Assembly (NCBI GenBank): GCA_018304505.1
Contig: JAGVWA010000002.1
Span: forward strand, 1-64,000
Direction of reading: 5' to 3'
Origin: Nanobdellati archaeon
GTDB lineage: Archaea; B1Sed10-29; JAGVWA01
DNA: 64,000 nucleotides
Under the pieces are notes generated by a model, which saw only the letters and a list, made by a program, of their open reading frames with translations, did not search any database and had not been told where the DNA came from. This document shows positions 39,035 to 48,100 of this stretch, one piece after another. The stretch's first letter is position 1. The number at the start of each line of letters is the position of its first letter. The position numbers and the translations under genes are program-made.

Positions 39035-39541
39035 ATGATGAAAGTCAATGGAAAATCTTCAAAAGTCGGAAGGCTAATGCTGACTGCATTGGTGGTTTTA
39101 GGGCTACTGATGCCAATCGGAGTGCCGCAGCAAACCCCACAAGGAACGCATGACGGCAGCCAATACCCTGAGCTAAGCTTTGCGTCGAAGATCAACTTTC
39201 AGGTCATCGCGGGCGACGAATACATGACCAAAAAGATCACTGATGGAAGCAAATGGACATACGCCAAGATCCAGAAAAAGCGACGCCAGAAGGTGGAGGT
39301 TCACTTTGATGAGCCGCAGGCCAATGTTACGTCAGTAAAAATCAAGGGCAGCGGCAAGTATGTCGTACTAACGCGCTATGAAGACAGCAGCTCAAGCGGC
39401 GAAACAAAGACTATAAAAGCCAAGGGTAAGGGCGTTGTTGTTGTTCCAAAATCGGAAAGCGGCAAGAAAATCGACGGCATCTTCATAAAATGCACCAACA
39501 AGGTCTTCAGTTGTAAGCTAAAGGAACTCGAGATCAACTGA
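39035..39541 (+). CDS. secreted discoidin-like domain protein
   Basis: Paralog of 32139..32582; ITDG..T, IKGSGKYV, SGET, CTNKVFSC.LKELEIN. Confidence 0.75.
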   Translation: MMKVNGKSSKVGRLMLTALVVLGLLMPIGVPQQTPQGTHDGSQYPELSFASKINFQVIAGDEYMTKKITDGSKWTYAKIQKKRRQKVEVHFDEPQANVTSVKIKGSGKYVVLTRYEDSSSSGETKTIKAKGKGVVVVPKSESGKKIDGIFIKCTNKVFSCKLKELEIN

Positions 39542-39672
39542 TTACGCAACCTGGGGCTCCATTTCCTTTTTCAGCCCCATTTCCTTTTTATTTCACAATG
39601 CACTGATATTAGTAATGGAAATATTAGTAACAACTGTGAAGCGTTATCCAGAAACGCGCGGAAGGAAATTCA

Positions 39673-40056
39673 ATGACTAGTACAGAAAAACTCAAGGGCA
39701 AGGCGATGCAGTGGTACGAGCAGTCCAATAAGCACTCAACAGGCAGATCAGAGGTTGTGGAAAAGGAAGCGTACGACTCTGACGACGACACTGCACAAGA
39801 ACTCAGAATCATCACGGACGTGAAAAAACTCATCGTGTCTGCAAACCTCGACCGCGCCTCAATATTCTTAGATACGCTCGCGTCATTCGAATACCAGCTC
39901 CGCAAGGGCAGGATTCCGGAAAACATGCCGCAGATGTTGAGAAACCTCGCAAAGAAGCCCGAGATTGCAGCAGGGTTAAAAACTATACTAAACAAATACA
40001 CATTGAATGGGGTATCCTATTATTACCAATGGGGAATTAATCAACAGCAGGAATGA
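39673..40056 (+). CDS. hypothetical protein
   Basis: 127-aa ORF with plausible RBS; no recognised motif. Confidence 0.55.
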   Translation: MTSTEKLKGKAMQWYEQSNKHSTGRSEVVEKEAYDSDDDTAQELRIITDVKKLIVSANLDRASIFLDTLASFEYQLRKGRIPENMPQMLRNLAKKPEIAAGLKTILNKYTLNGVSYYYQWGINQQQE

Positions 40057-40068
40057 AAAAAGACCGCG

Positions 40069-40980
40069 ATGAAAAGAGAGAGGACACAGATGTTTAACGA
40101 AGATGACATTCCGGACTTCATAAAAGCAGGCAAGATCGCTGAAACAGCCAGGGATCGCTCCAAGAAAATCGTTAAGCCAGGAGCCAAAATCATAGACATC
40201 GCGGAATCAATTGAGGGCTGGATCAAGGAAGAAGGCGGATCATTTGGCTTCCCTGCCAACATTTCGATAAACAACATTGCCGCTCATTACACCCCTCCGT
40301 TTGATGATACATCTGAAATACCCGAAGACGCGGTGGTGAAAATCGACCTCGGAGCCTCGGTTAACGGCTGCGTTGGAGACACGGCGTACACGCTCGACTT
40401 CTCTGGCGAGCACGGAAAACTTCTAGAGGCATCTGAGCAGGCGCTCGAAAACATAATAAATCACATCAAGTCGGGCATCAACGTTGGAGAGCTCGGGGAA
40501 ATTGCAGAAGAAACCATAGCCGGAAAGGGCGTCAGGGTCATCAGGAATCTGTCAGGCCACAGGATAGAGCGGAACCTTCTCCATGGGGCCTCGGTGCCAA
40601 TGATAAAGGGCTACAAGGGCTGGGAGCTCGAAGAGGGCATGGCGATTGCCATCGAGCCGTTCGCGTCTACTGGAAATGGGAACGTCAAGGAAGGCGCGAG
40701 GACAGAAATCTTCATGTTTCAGCGCGATATCCTAACCCGGAATTTGGACGCGCGCAATCTATTGGAGAACATAAAGCGAGAATTCAAGACCCTGCCGTTT
40801 GCCGAGCGATGGATTATTCGGGACCAGCAGACATTTAAATGGAGACTGGCAATGCGGGAACTCATAACCCGCGGAGCACTGCACCCATACCCCGTGTTGC
40901 TGGAATCTGCAGGAAGCAGGGTTGCGCAGTTCGAAAAAACGCTGCTAGTAGAAAAGGATTCATGCAGAATACTGACATGA
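40069..40980 (+). CDS. map: type II methionine aminopeptidase
   Basis: FPANISINNIAAHYTP, KIDLG, GDTA, NLSGH, AIEPFA, AQFEKT; start may be 40090. Confidence 0.96.
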   Translation: MKRERTQMFNEDDIPDFIKAGKIAETARDRSKKIVKPGAKIIDIAESIEGWIKEEGGSFGFPANISINNIAAHYTPPFDDTSEIPEDAVVKIDLGASVNGCVGDTAYTLDFSGEHGKLLEASEQALENIINHIKSGINVGELGEIAEETIAGKGVRVIRNLSGHRIERNLLHGASVPMIKGYKGWELEEGMAIAIEPFASTGNGNVKEGARTEIFMFQRDILTRNLDARNLLENIKREFKTLPFAERWIIRDQQTFKWRLAMRELITRGALHPYPVLLESAGSRVAQFEKTLLVEKDSCRILT

Positions 40981-41030
40981 CAAGGCCGTAACATGATACG
41001 GCGATAACATTACAAGGCGATAACATGACG
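40975..41030 (+). repeat. 16-bp imperfect tandem repeat x3.5 between the map stop and the next start
   Basis: ACATGACAAGGCCGTA / ACATGATACGGCGATA / ACATTACAAGGCGATA / ACATGACG. Confidence 0.7.
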
Positions 41031-42236
41031 CAAGTTGATTACAGGAACCTCGCAATTCACGCGACTGCATTTGGTTTATTTAGCGTGGCATGGATGTACC
41101 TATTTTCGCAACTAGGCATTGGGTTAAGCACTGCCACAGATCTTGGTTATGCCAGGTCACTGCTGACGCAGCAAAGAATAATAAATGTTGTTTTAATGGC
41201 CCTGTTTTTCGGGGCAGCATCGGTCACGCTGGTAAGAAGGGCACACGTCAACACAATGTACGAGAAGTCATTGACCCCGCTAATCGGAGGGGCCATTGCT
41301 TATTACCCGGGCATGCTGTTCTTCGGCGCGACGTTACAGTACAACATGATTTATGCGTCGTACCTGATTGGCGCAGCGCTGACGTCTGCCATGATTAAGC
41401 CGGACATCAAGGGCTTTGGCTCAAAATTAAAAGCAGGGTACCTTGCGCCAAAGAAACTGATTCTTGTGTTGGCCCTGGGCACCGCACTGACGACATTCGT
41501 TGTTGTAAACCAGGACATTGATTTTTACGAAAACCAGATCAAGCAGAACCTGCTTTCAAGCCTCGAGAGCTTTGACATCGGAAGCTTGGCATCGCAGATC
41601 GGTTCCAACGACGCACTGTTGCGGGCAACGGTTGAGCAGCAGCTGCAGCAGTACAGCGACATGGAATTCGTGGAATCTCAGCTTCCCGCAATTGAATCGA
41701 ATGAGTCAATGCAAACCCGCGTACTTGCGCAATTCCAGGCGCAGGCAGGATGGAATACGTTGTCACCACAGCAGCAGCAGGAATATGTTTTGCAAGGCCT
41801 TGAGGATGTTTACAACAAGACAATAGCTGCGAGGGAAAACGCTATACAAGAAGCCATGGGCCTGTCTCGGCTAGAAGGCAGTGCGAAGGAAGAAAAAATT
41901 GAGGAGCTTATTGAACTCGCAAAGAAGGCAGGGCCCCAGCTCGGTCAGTTGCAAGGGAGTTTGGGCGAGGGGCAGTTGCAGGGGGTGCTTGAAAACGTTT
42001 TTGAAACCATGCCCCTGTTCAAGATGATCATACAGTATCTCCCGATTATTAACGCGTTTGCAAACTTCTCCGCAGTCATCTTTGTAGGCAACATCATGAT
42101 TTCGCCCCTGAGTAGTGCCTTTGGCTTCCTGATCATACCAAAACAAGGATTTCAAAAAACGCAGCAGCAGACGCAGGAAGAAGAAATGAGGCAGGCTGCG
42201 GAGCACGCTACGAAGATGAAGAAGCTGCAGGGATAA
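41025..42236 (+). CDS. multi-pass membrane protein with a large Gln/Glu-rich helical loop
   Basis: About 5 N-terminal TM, about 170-aa helical loop, final TM. Confidence 0.75.
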   Translation: MTQVDYRNLAIHATAFGLFSVAWMYLFSQLGIGLSTATDLGYARSLLTQQRIINVVLMALFFGAASVTLVRRAHVNTMYEKSLTPLIGGAIAYYPGMLFFGATLQYNMIYASYLIGAALTSAMIKPDIKGFGSKLKAGYLAPKKLILVLALGTALTTFVVVNQDIDFYENQIKQNLLSSLESFDIGSLASQIGSNDALLRATVEQQLQQYSDMEFVESQLPAIESNESMQTRVLAQFQAQAGWNTLSPQQQQEYVLQGLEDVYNKTIAARENAIQEAMGLSRLEGSAKEEKIEELIELAKKAGPQLGQLQGSLGEGQLQGVLENVFETMPLFKMIIQYLPIINAFANFSAVIFVGNIMISPLSSAFGFLIIPKQGFQKTQQQTQEEEMRQAAEHATKMKKLQG

Positions 42237-42290
42237 AGAATAAAAAAGAAGCAAAGACTTTTATTCACCAATCAGCACAGATGAATAACT

Positions 42291-42365
42291 GGGTCCATAG
42301 CGCAGCTTGGATAGCGCGGTTGGCTTCGGACCAACAGGTCGGGGGTTCGAATCCCTCTGGGCCCG
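42291..42365 (+). tRNA. tRNA-Arg (anticodon TCG), no intron, CCA not encoded
   Basis: Acceptor GGGTCCA/TGGGCCC, anticodon arm GTTGG-CTTCGGA-CCAAC, T loop GGTTCGAATCC. Confidence 0.96.
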
Positions 42366-42367
42366 TA

Positions 42368-42550
42368 GCAACAGTTTCGGCTGTTGCATCGCAAGGGCTG
42401 CGATTGCAACGAAACGAAGTTTCGTTGAAGATTTGAAAAACAGGGTTTTTCAAATTTGACAAACGCGTAGCGTTCTGTCAAATCTCAAGGAACGCAATTC
42501 CTTGCAGACCCCTTGCATCCCCGCAGTGCCACATTCGGCTGCGCCGAAGT
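42368..42550. repeat. array of nested hairpins (REP/MITE-like or structured RNA)
   Basis: At least six inverted repeats, several with GNA triloops. Confidence 0.65.
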
Positions 42551-42628
42551 GCCACGGTTCCTTGTAGGCTCCTTCTATCCTCGCAGTGCAAATGCAGCTT
42601 TATATACTAGTTTTTCTTTTCATTAGGC

Positions 42629-43258
42629 ATGGAACACATTCTGATAGACGTTCTTGTAAAACCGCAGCAAGCGCTGAAACACGTTAAGAAGGACGCTAAT
42701 TTTGGCAACGGCTTGAAAGTCCTTGTCATATGGAGCGTTTTGTCATCAGTGATATTGTCAGCTGCAGCCTTTTTCCAGGCCCAGACCCGGTTCGCGTCTG
42801 CAGGCATTGACGCAACTGCGCTGCTGATAGACTCATTTGTCTCGTCAGAAATCAATTTCCTGCTAGTGTTTTTAATCATGGCCATCCTGGTGCACGTTTT
42901 TCTTAACGCTGTAAACGTCAAGCAGAAGATTGGCGTCTTTATCGGCACCTTGGCCTACCCGTTTTCAGCAATCATTGTGCTTTCGTCATTGTTCTCAGTC
43001 CTGATTTTCCTAGTGTCAGGTATAACGACGCAGAATGACCCGATAGGGTTCTATATATATCTTGTTTTGTCAGCGACAATGATGGGGCTTGCAATATATG
43101 GTTTCCTGCTGTACACCTTGACGATTTCGGAGGTCTACAGGACAAGCATGGCCACCGCGGCCGCGGTTATTATTTTAATGGCGCTAGTGGTCTTGAGCGT
43201 CGTCGCTTCGCCGGAATTGGCGCAGTCGTTCCTGCAGTTCTCAGGAACATTTATCTAA
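42629..43258 (+). CDS. Yip1-domain membrane protein
   Basis: VLVKPQQAL..V N-terminal motif, 5 TM, LAYP, ISEVY. Confidence 0.7.
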   Translation: MEHILIDVLVKPQQALKHVKKDANFGNGLKVLVIWSVLSSVILSAAAFFQAQTRFASAGIDATALLIDSFVSSEINFLLVFLIMAILVHVFLNAVNVKQKIGVFIGTLAYPFSAIIVLSSLFSVLIFLVSGITTQNDPIGFYIYLVLSATMMGLAIYGFLLYTLTISEVYRTSMATAAAVIILMALVVLSVVASPELAQSFLQFSGTFI

Positions 43259-44287
43259 TCCATACGGCTTTTTGATTACCTGGAAATCGAATGACACCTG
43301 GACAGTGCTTGGAGAAAACGGACGTACGATGCGCTTGTTTTTGATTTTATACGCGACTTTGTTTTTGCCGCACGCTTTTTGAATAATATGTTCTGTGTCC
43401 TCGAAAGCCGTTTGCTTGTCTGCGAAGTTGTAGAAGTGGACAGTGCCGTTGTTTTTTACGCTTTGGATTGCAGCATCAAGGAAGTCCCCTGCGTCTTTCG
43501 GGAGTGGCATCAGGACCCTGTCAAAAACTTCGCCGAGTTTCCTGGCCTCAAGTGACACGTCTCCAAGTATCGGCTTGATTTTGTTTTGCATCCTGTTCAG
43601 CTTTATGTTATGCAGCAGGTATTCATATGACTCAGGATTCAATTCAATTGCCACTGCGGTCGCTTTTGGCTGGTGCTTTATGATGACGATTGGGAATGGC
43701 CCCACACCTGCAAAGAACGCACCGATTTTTTCACCGGGCTTCACCTGTTTCGCTATGCGCAGGCGCTCGTGGCTCAGCCTTGGAGAAAAATACGTCTTGT
43801 TGATGTCAAGCCTTAGCTGCACGCCGGACTCTTTGTATGTTGTCTCGGTTTTTCTCTCGCCCGCAATCACCGTTGCTTTTCTGATCCTGTAGGTCCCTGA
43901 GTGGGCCCCCGCGCGCTTGCACACGGTTTTGATGTTTGGGTGCGTTTTCAAAATGGCTTCTCCGATTTGTCTTTGTTTCTCGGCAAGAGGTTCAGGTATC
44001 TCGATTATTGCAATGTCGCCGATGACATCGAAGCTACGTATCGCGATTTCCAGTTCGCTATTTGTCAGGATGCCTCGCAGCGCTTGCTTGAGGTTTGCGG
44101 GTTTTTCTGTTTGCCGCGCGGCGCGCTTTTCAACAAGTTCGTATTCCTGTGGCTTCCTGTTAACGGGGATGTAGACGAAGCCGCCTTCTGAAAACGCGCC
44201 GTAGCTTTTTTTAAGCAAGCCTCGGGCTTTCAAGTTCTGTATCGTTTCCTGTGCCATTTTCCTGGGCACCTTTGCGCATGTAACCAT
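43241..44287 (-). CDS. trm5: tRNA (guanine37-N1) methyltransferase Trm5/TYW2 family
   Basis: SFDVIGDIAI, TYKESG, YFSPRLSHER, FAGVGPF, ELNP, DRVLMPLP. Confidence 0.9.
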   Translation of the reverse strand: MVTCAKVPRKMAQETIQNLKARGLLKKSYGAFSEGGFVYIPVNRKPQEYELVEKRAARQTEKPANLKQALRGILTNSELEIAIRSFDVIGDIAIIEIPEPLAEKQRQIGEAILKTHPNIKTVCKRAGAHSGTYRIRKATVIAGERKTETTYKESGVQLRLDINKTYFSPRLSHERLRIAKQVKPGEKIGAFFAGVGPFPIVIIKHQPKATAVAIELNPESYEYLLHNIKLNRMQNKIKPILGDVSLEARKLGEVFDRVLMPLPKDAGDFLDAAIQSVKNNGTVHFYNFADKQTAFEDTEHIIQKACGKNKVAYKIKNKRIVRPFSPSTVQVSFDFQVIKKPYGLDKCS

Positions 44288-44320
44288 TAAGTTAATATTT
44301 ACTCATGTAGTTTTAAAAAC

Positions 44321-45133
44321 ATGGGCTTTGTCGAGCAATATTTCATAGACCCGATGCTCTATGGCGGCGGCTATAACATAGTCAACACGCTTGTATATGC
44401 TGTTATACTCTTAGGGGCGCTGTATTTCGTAAAGAGTGGATTGGACAAATGGAAAGTTGAACTGACCAGAGGTTTATGGAGCGACTTGCTGCTGCTGGTT
44501 TTGTTCGGCGGAATTGTCCGGGCCCTTGTAGATGCAGACATCGTTTCGAGAAATCCGCTAGTTGTAACGCCTGGGATTTACATCTTCGTGTTCATCATTG
44601 CGGCCTTGATGATCTATCTGCAGAATCGCTACAAGGAGAAGTCAACATTGTATATCAGCCACGCTTTGCTTTTGTTGGTGGCGTTTACTGCGTTGTTTAA
44701 TGGGCAGAATTGGTGGGCGCTGGTAATGATGCTGGCGCTAGCGGTCATTGTTTATGCTTTGACGGAGTTGATTTTCAGGTTTCATCCCGTCCTGAGCCGG
44801 CACATGGGGGTTTTGTCAGGCATTAACCGGCACGTGGTTTTTGCCCACGCCCTTGATTCTGTGTCCACGTTCTTTTCAATCTCCTTTTTGTGTGTCGGGG
44901 GCTTTCGATATGCTGAGCAGCACGTGCTCCCGTCATTCCTGTTCAGCTTCGCGCCCATATGGGTCTTTATAATCATAAAAGTGGCCCTGGCTGTCGCTGC
45001 AGTTTACTACATAGACAAGGAAGTCAAGGACCACAGGTGGAACTGGCTGTTTAAGTTCACGGTCCTGGTTCTGGGATTGGGTCCCGGAACCAGAAACATC
45101 GTAAGCGCATTCCTAAATAGTGGTTTTTGTTAA
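44321..45133 (+). CDS. DUF63 family membrane protein
   Basis: YFIDP..GGYNIVNTLVYA, R.LVD, VTPGIY, AHALD..ST, Y.EQHVL, LGLGPG.R. Confidence 0.85.
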   Translation: MGFVEQYFIDPMLYGGGYNIVNTLVYAVILLGALYFVKSGLDKWKVELTRGLWSDLLLLVLFGGIVRALVDADIVSRNPLVVTPGIYIFVFIIAALMIYLQNRYKEKSTLYISHALLLLVAFTALFNGQNWWALVMMLALAVIVYALTELIFRFHPVLSRHMGVLSGINRHVVFAHALDSVSTFFSISFLCVGGFRYAEQHVLPSFLFSFAPIWVFIIIKVALAVAAVYYIDKEVKDHRWNWLFKFTVLVLGLGPGTRNIVSAFLNSGFC

Positions 45134-45163
45134 TGCTTTTGTTACTTATGTTATAATGTGGGC

Positions 45164-45451
45164 TTAAGCCTCGACTTTTATTTCCCCGTTTCGCGGAATG
45201 TTGACCTGGATTTCTCCATTCCATTCGCGAACAAAGGCGCCGGTTATCGTAACCTTGGACCCCTGTGCCACGTTTTCACTCTGGTTGCCCCACAGCGAAA
45301 CCTTTATCGAGCCGGTGTCGTCCTTCACCATAACTGTTGTCAGCGTGTTCGGGCCGTACTTGGTCTGTATCTGCCTTGGCTCTGAAACCTCTTCAACGGT
45401 TCCGGTTATGGTTACATCTCTGTCCCCTGATTTTATCTCACTTATGTTCAT
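45164..45451 (-). CDS. ssb: single OB-fold ssDNA-binding protein (SSB/RPA-like)
   Basis: ISEIK..V..TG.V...PR...KDDTGSIKVSLWG...GAFVREWNGEIQVN. Confidence 0.88.
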   Translation of the reverse strand: MNISEIKSGDRDVTITGTVEEVSEPRQIQTKYGPNTLTTVMVKDDTGSIKVSLWGNQSENVAQGSKVTITGAFVREWNGEIQVNIPRNGEIKVEA

Positions 45452-45510
45452 TTTATTTACCTCTGTAAAGTCAGTGGCTTATTTATTCAAGTTGTTATAT
45501 AAAAAAGGCT

Positions 45511-46101
45511 ATGAAACCCAAGCTGGTTAATTACACAAAAGAGTGCCTTGAATCCCGGAGATGGAACGGTAATGTAGTTCAGATGCTCGTTGACGCGAGC
45601 ATAACAAGCCTTGGCATGAGCTACTTCGGCGTCATTGTGCCAAAGGTGCGCGAATTCCCGCGGGCTTTTCCAGAAATAAATTCGCTAAAAGCGCTAGCAG
45701 ACGCCAACACAGAGAAGCTCAGGGGGTTTTTCAAGAACAAGCGCTCATGGCATGTGGCGCAGTCGGTCGCCGCGGTGTTGATGAAGTACGGCAGTGGCGT
45801 TTCAGCACTGCGAAAATGGGCGTCACAGGCAGACCACCATTCCTGGCGCAATGACGAAATCGGGCAAATAAACGGCGTGGGCATCAACACCTTCCAGTAT
45901 CTTAGGATGATGGGCGGCGTCAATACCATAATGCCAGACGGCATCGTAAAACGCTACATTGCGCGCGAATACGGGCTTGAGTGGAGCGATGACATTGACT
46001 TCATCGATAAGGTCCATGAAATGCAAGCTGGGTACTCGCCTATCGAACTCTGCTGGCTCTCCTGGCTGGTTGAGTCAAAAGAGATTGACAAGGAATTCTG
46101 A
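45511..46101 (+). CDS. helix-hairpin-helix (HhH-GPD-like) protein
   Basis: IGQINGVGINTFQYLRMMGGVNTIMPD: HhH followed by Asp. Confidence 0.6.
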   Translation: MKPKLVNYTKECLESRRWNGNVVQMLVDASITSLGMSYFGVIVPKVREFPRAFPEINSLKALADANTEKLRGFFKNKRSWHVAQSVAAVLMKYGSGVSALRKWASQADHHSWRNDEIGQINGVGINTFQYLRMMGGVNTIMPDGIVKRYIAREYGLEWSDDIDFIDKVHEMQAGYSPIELCWLSWLVESKEIDKEF

Positions 46102-46139
46102 ATTATTCGTAGATATTTTTCCCGTGCCCAGCGAATAAT

Positions 46140-46180
46140 GAAAAGAAAAAAATAAAGAAAAAGAAAGGAAAAAGGAAAAT
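46140..46180 (-). terminator. T-rich archaeal terminator
   Basis: Long oligo-T/pyrimidine tract on the minus strand right after the 46184 stop. Confidence 0.5.
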
Positions 46181-46183
46181 GAG

Positions 46184-46426
46184 TTATATTTCCTTTATCC
46201 ATTTTGCGAGGAACTCGCGTAGTTCTGAGTCTTCTGCTGGAAATCCGAGCCCGCCCTTGTATCGCTTGCTGTCGGCCTTATTGTAGAAGCCCTTGCTGAT
46301 GGAGATGAATTCCGGAACATCGTCCCCTTCCTTGACTTCGCTTGCTGGTACTCGTTTTCTTGCAACTTCGATGAAGTTGTTTCCGTATTTGTACTCTTCT
46401 GCTTTGATTGTTTCAAATTCTGGCAT
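46184..46426 (-). CDS. small conserved protein, PC4-like nucleic-acid-binding fold suspected
   Basis: GGAGG RBS; NNFIEVARK...FISISKGFY...RYKGGLGFP + C-terminal helix. Confidence 0.6.
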   Translation of the reverse strand: MPEFETIKAEEYKYGNNFIEVARKRVPASEVKEGDDVPEFISISKGFYNKADSKRYKGGLGFPAEDSELREFLAKWIKEI

Positions 46427-46517
46427 GCCTTATTCCTCCGTTGTTTCCACTCGAGTGTGTGGTTGTGCTTAGTTTCTGGGCAATGTGCTATATATATCTT
46501 GCCTTAAAGGTATAGAC

Positions 46518-47651
46518 ATGGCCAGATATGCGTTTGTTTTCGGAAAGAATTGGCAACTCAGCCTAGCCGAGCTTTTGAGCTACTTTCAGCATCATGGGAT
46601 CGGATGGGGATTTGTTGACTTGTCGAAAAAAGCGCTAATGGTGGACCTTGAAGCGCTGAGGAAGGACATGGTGCACGAGCTCGGCGGGACCTTGCGGATC
46701 GTCAGGATTGAAAAGGAGTTCACGGCAGATCAAATCCCGCACATCGATTTCGGCGGCGGTGTTGATGACTACCTCAGCGTGCATGGAAGCTACAACATTG
46801 TCAAGGTCGCGCGCAAGGTTTTTAACAGGATCCCGAAAGACGCCATGTTGAGCACTGCGGATTTGGCGAAAAAGGACATTCGCGAGGTGAACATTGTCTA
46901 CGGTTTGAAGAAACTGTACTACGGCCCAACGGTGCAGTTCAGCGATCCATTCTATTATAAGGAGTTGGATTTGAAAAAGCCAGTGACGCGACCCGAACTC
47001 GGAATATCGCCGTCTAGGGCGCAGATTCTCTTAAACCTTGCACACTCGGAGGAAAATGTTCTGGATCCATTCTGCGGAATCGGTACTATTGGGATAATGG
47101 GTTTTGGCAAGGTCGATAGGATATACTTGTCTGACAATGACAAAAACATTGTCAAGGATGCGCGAAGAAACATGGAGTGGGTCAAGAAACGTACAAATGC
47201 AAGCGCAACGGCAAAAACCAAATTCGAAACAAAGCCCATTGATGCACGTGTCTTGCATGAGGCCTTTCCAGAGAATTCGATGCAAAGCGTGGCGACAGAG
47301 CCCGATCTTGGGCCGAAAATGAGGTTCAGGCCGGACAAAAGCGACGCGCAGAAGATCCTGAGTTATCTGCACCATACGTATCAGAAGTTTTTCCAGAACG
47401 TGCACAAGATAATGAAACCAGGAGCCCTCGTTGCCATCGTGTTCCCGGCCATCAACTCAAAGGCGGGCAAGGTCTTTATGAACAAGAAGTATGAAGGCTT
47501 CCGCTTCACGGATTTGTACGATGGAATTCCGCAGCACTACCGCGATGAGTTGAAGCTGCACAAGAACTTTGTTCTTGATGAAGAGCGAGAAAAAGGCAAG
47601 TCTAGGGTCACGATAAGGGAATTTGCCGTTTACAGGGTCAAGAAGCATTAA
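46518..47651 (+). CDS. Trm11/TrmG10-like SAM-dependent tRNA methyltransferase
   Basis: LSLAEL, ELGGT.RI, ISP..AQIL.NL, VLDPFCGIGTI, DAR, ATEPDLG. Confidence 0.8.
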   Translation: MARYAFVFGKNWQLSLAELLSYFQHHGIGWGFVDLSKKALMVDLEALRKDMVHELGGTLRIVRIEKEFTADQIPHIDFGGGVDDYLSVHGSYNIVKVARKVFNRIPKDAMLSTADLAKKDIREVNIVYGLKKLYYGPTVQFSDPFYYKELDLKKPVTRPELGISPSRAQILLNLAHSEENVLDPFCGIGTIGIMGFGKVDRIYLSDNDKNIVKDARRNMEWVKKRTNASATAKTKFETKPIDARVLHEAFPENSMQSVATEPDLGPKMRFRPDKSDAQKILSYLHHTYQKFFQNVHKIMKPGALVAIVFPAINSKAGKVFMNKKYEGFRFTDLYDGIPQHYRDELKLHKNFVLDEEREKGKSRVTIREFAVYRVKKH

Positions 47652-47743
47652 GCATTAGCGCTACTTTTAAATACCAGGTTGTGCAGAATTGCTCATTGTG
47701 CAACATAGAATTTGCAAAACAACTTGGAATGGGTGATTGATTA

Positions 47744-48100
47744 ATGTGGACAATTGAACGTGCACAGCAGGAATTTGAACAGGCTAAGGGGATCATGGCC
47801 AGCCGCGGCAGTGAGGTGCCACTTGCACCCCTAATAGAGGCTAAAATGCAGGCTGTGGGAGATTACAGGTTTGGCAGAGACTACTACAACGCTTTGCTGC
47901 ACTTAAAGATCGCATGCAGTGACCTCAGCTACTCAGCGAGGCAGGTACAAGAATCAAATGACGATGGTGTTGTCAGGGATCACTTAATTAGGGCTCGTGA
48001 CGAACTTGCAGATGAGGCAAAGGACATCATTTGTGAGGCAACATCAGAGCTCGCGTCGTTGAATAATCAGATCCAGCAGCCAGACGTGATTTCCGATTAA
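47744..48100 (+). CDS. hypothetical helical protein
   Basis: GGTGA RBS, 118-aa ORF. Confidence 0.6.
   Translation: MWTIERAQQEFEQAKGIMASRGSEVPLAPLIEAKMQAVGDYRFGRDYYNALLHLKIACSDLSYSARQVQESNDDGVVRDHLIRARDELADEAKDIICEATSELASLNNQIQQPDVISD

Noticed and set aside
31839-39541. Diversity-generating retroelement acting on the paralogs
   Set aside because: No reverse transcriptase in the window and no near-identical template/variable repeat pair with adenine-specific differences
42291-42365. Integrated element at tRNA-Arg
   Set aside because: No duplicate of the tRNA 3' end and no integrase seen in the window
42265-42481. Short minus ORFs (GPEGFEPPT...)
   Set aside because: Reverse-complement translation of the tRNA gene
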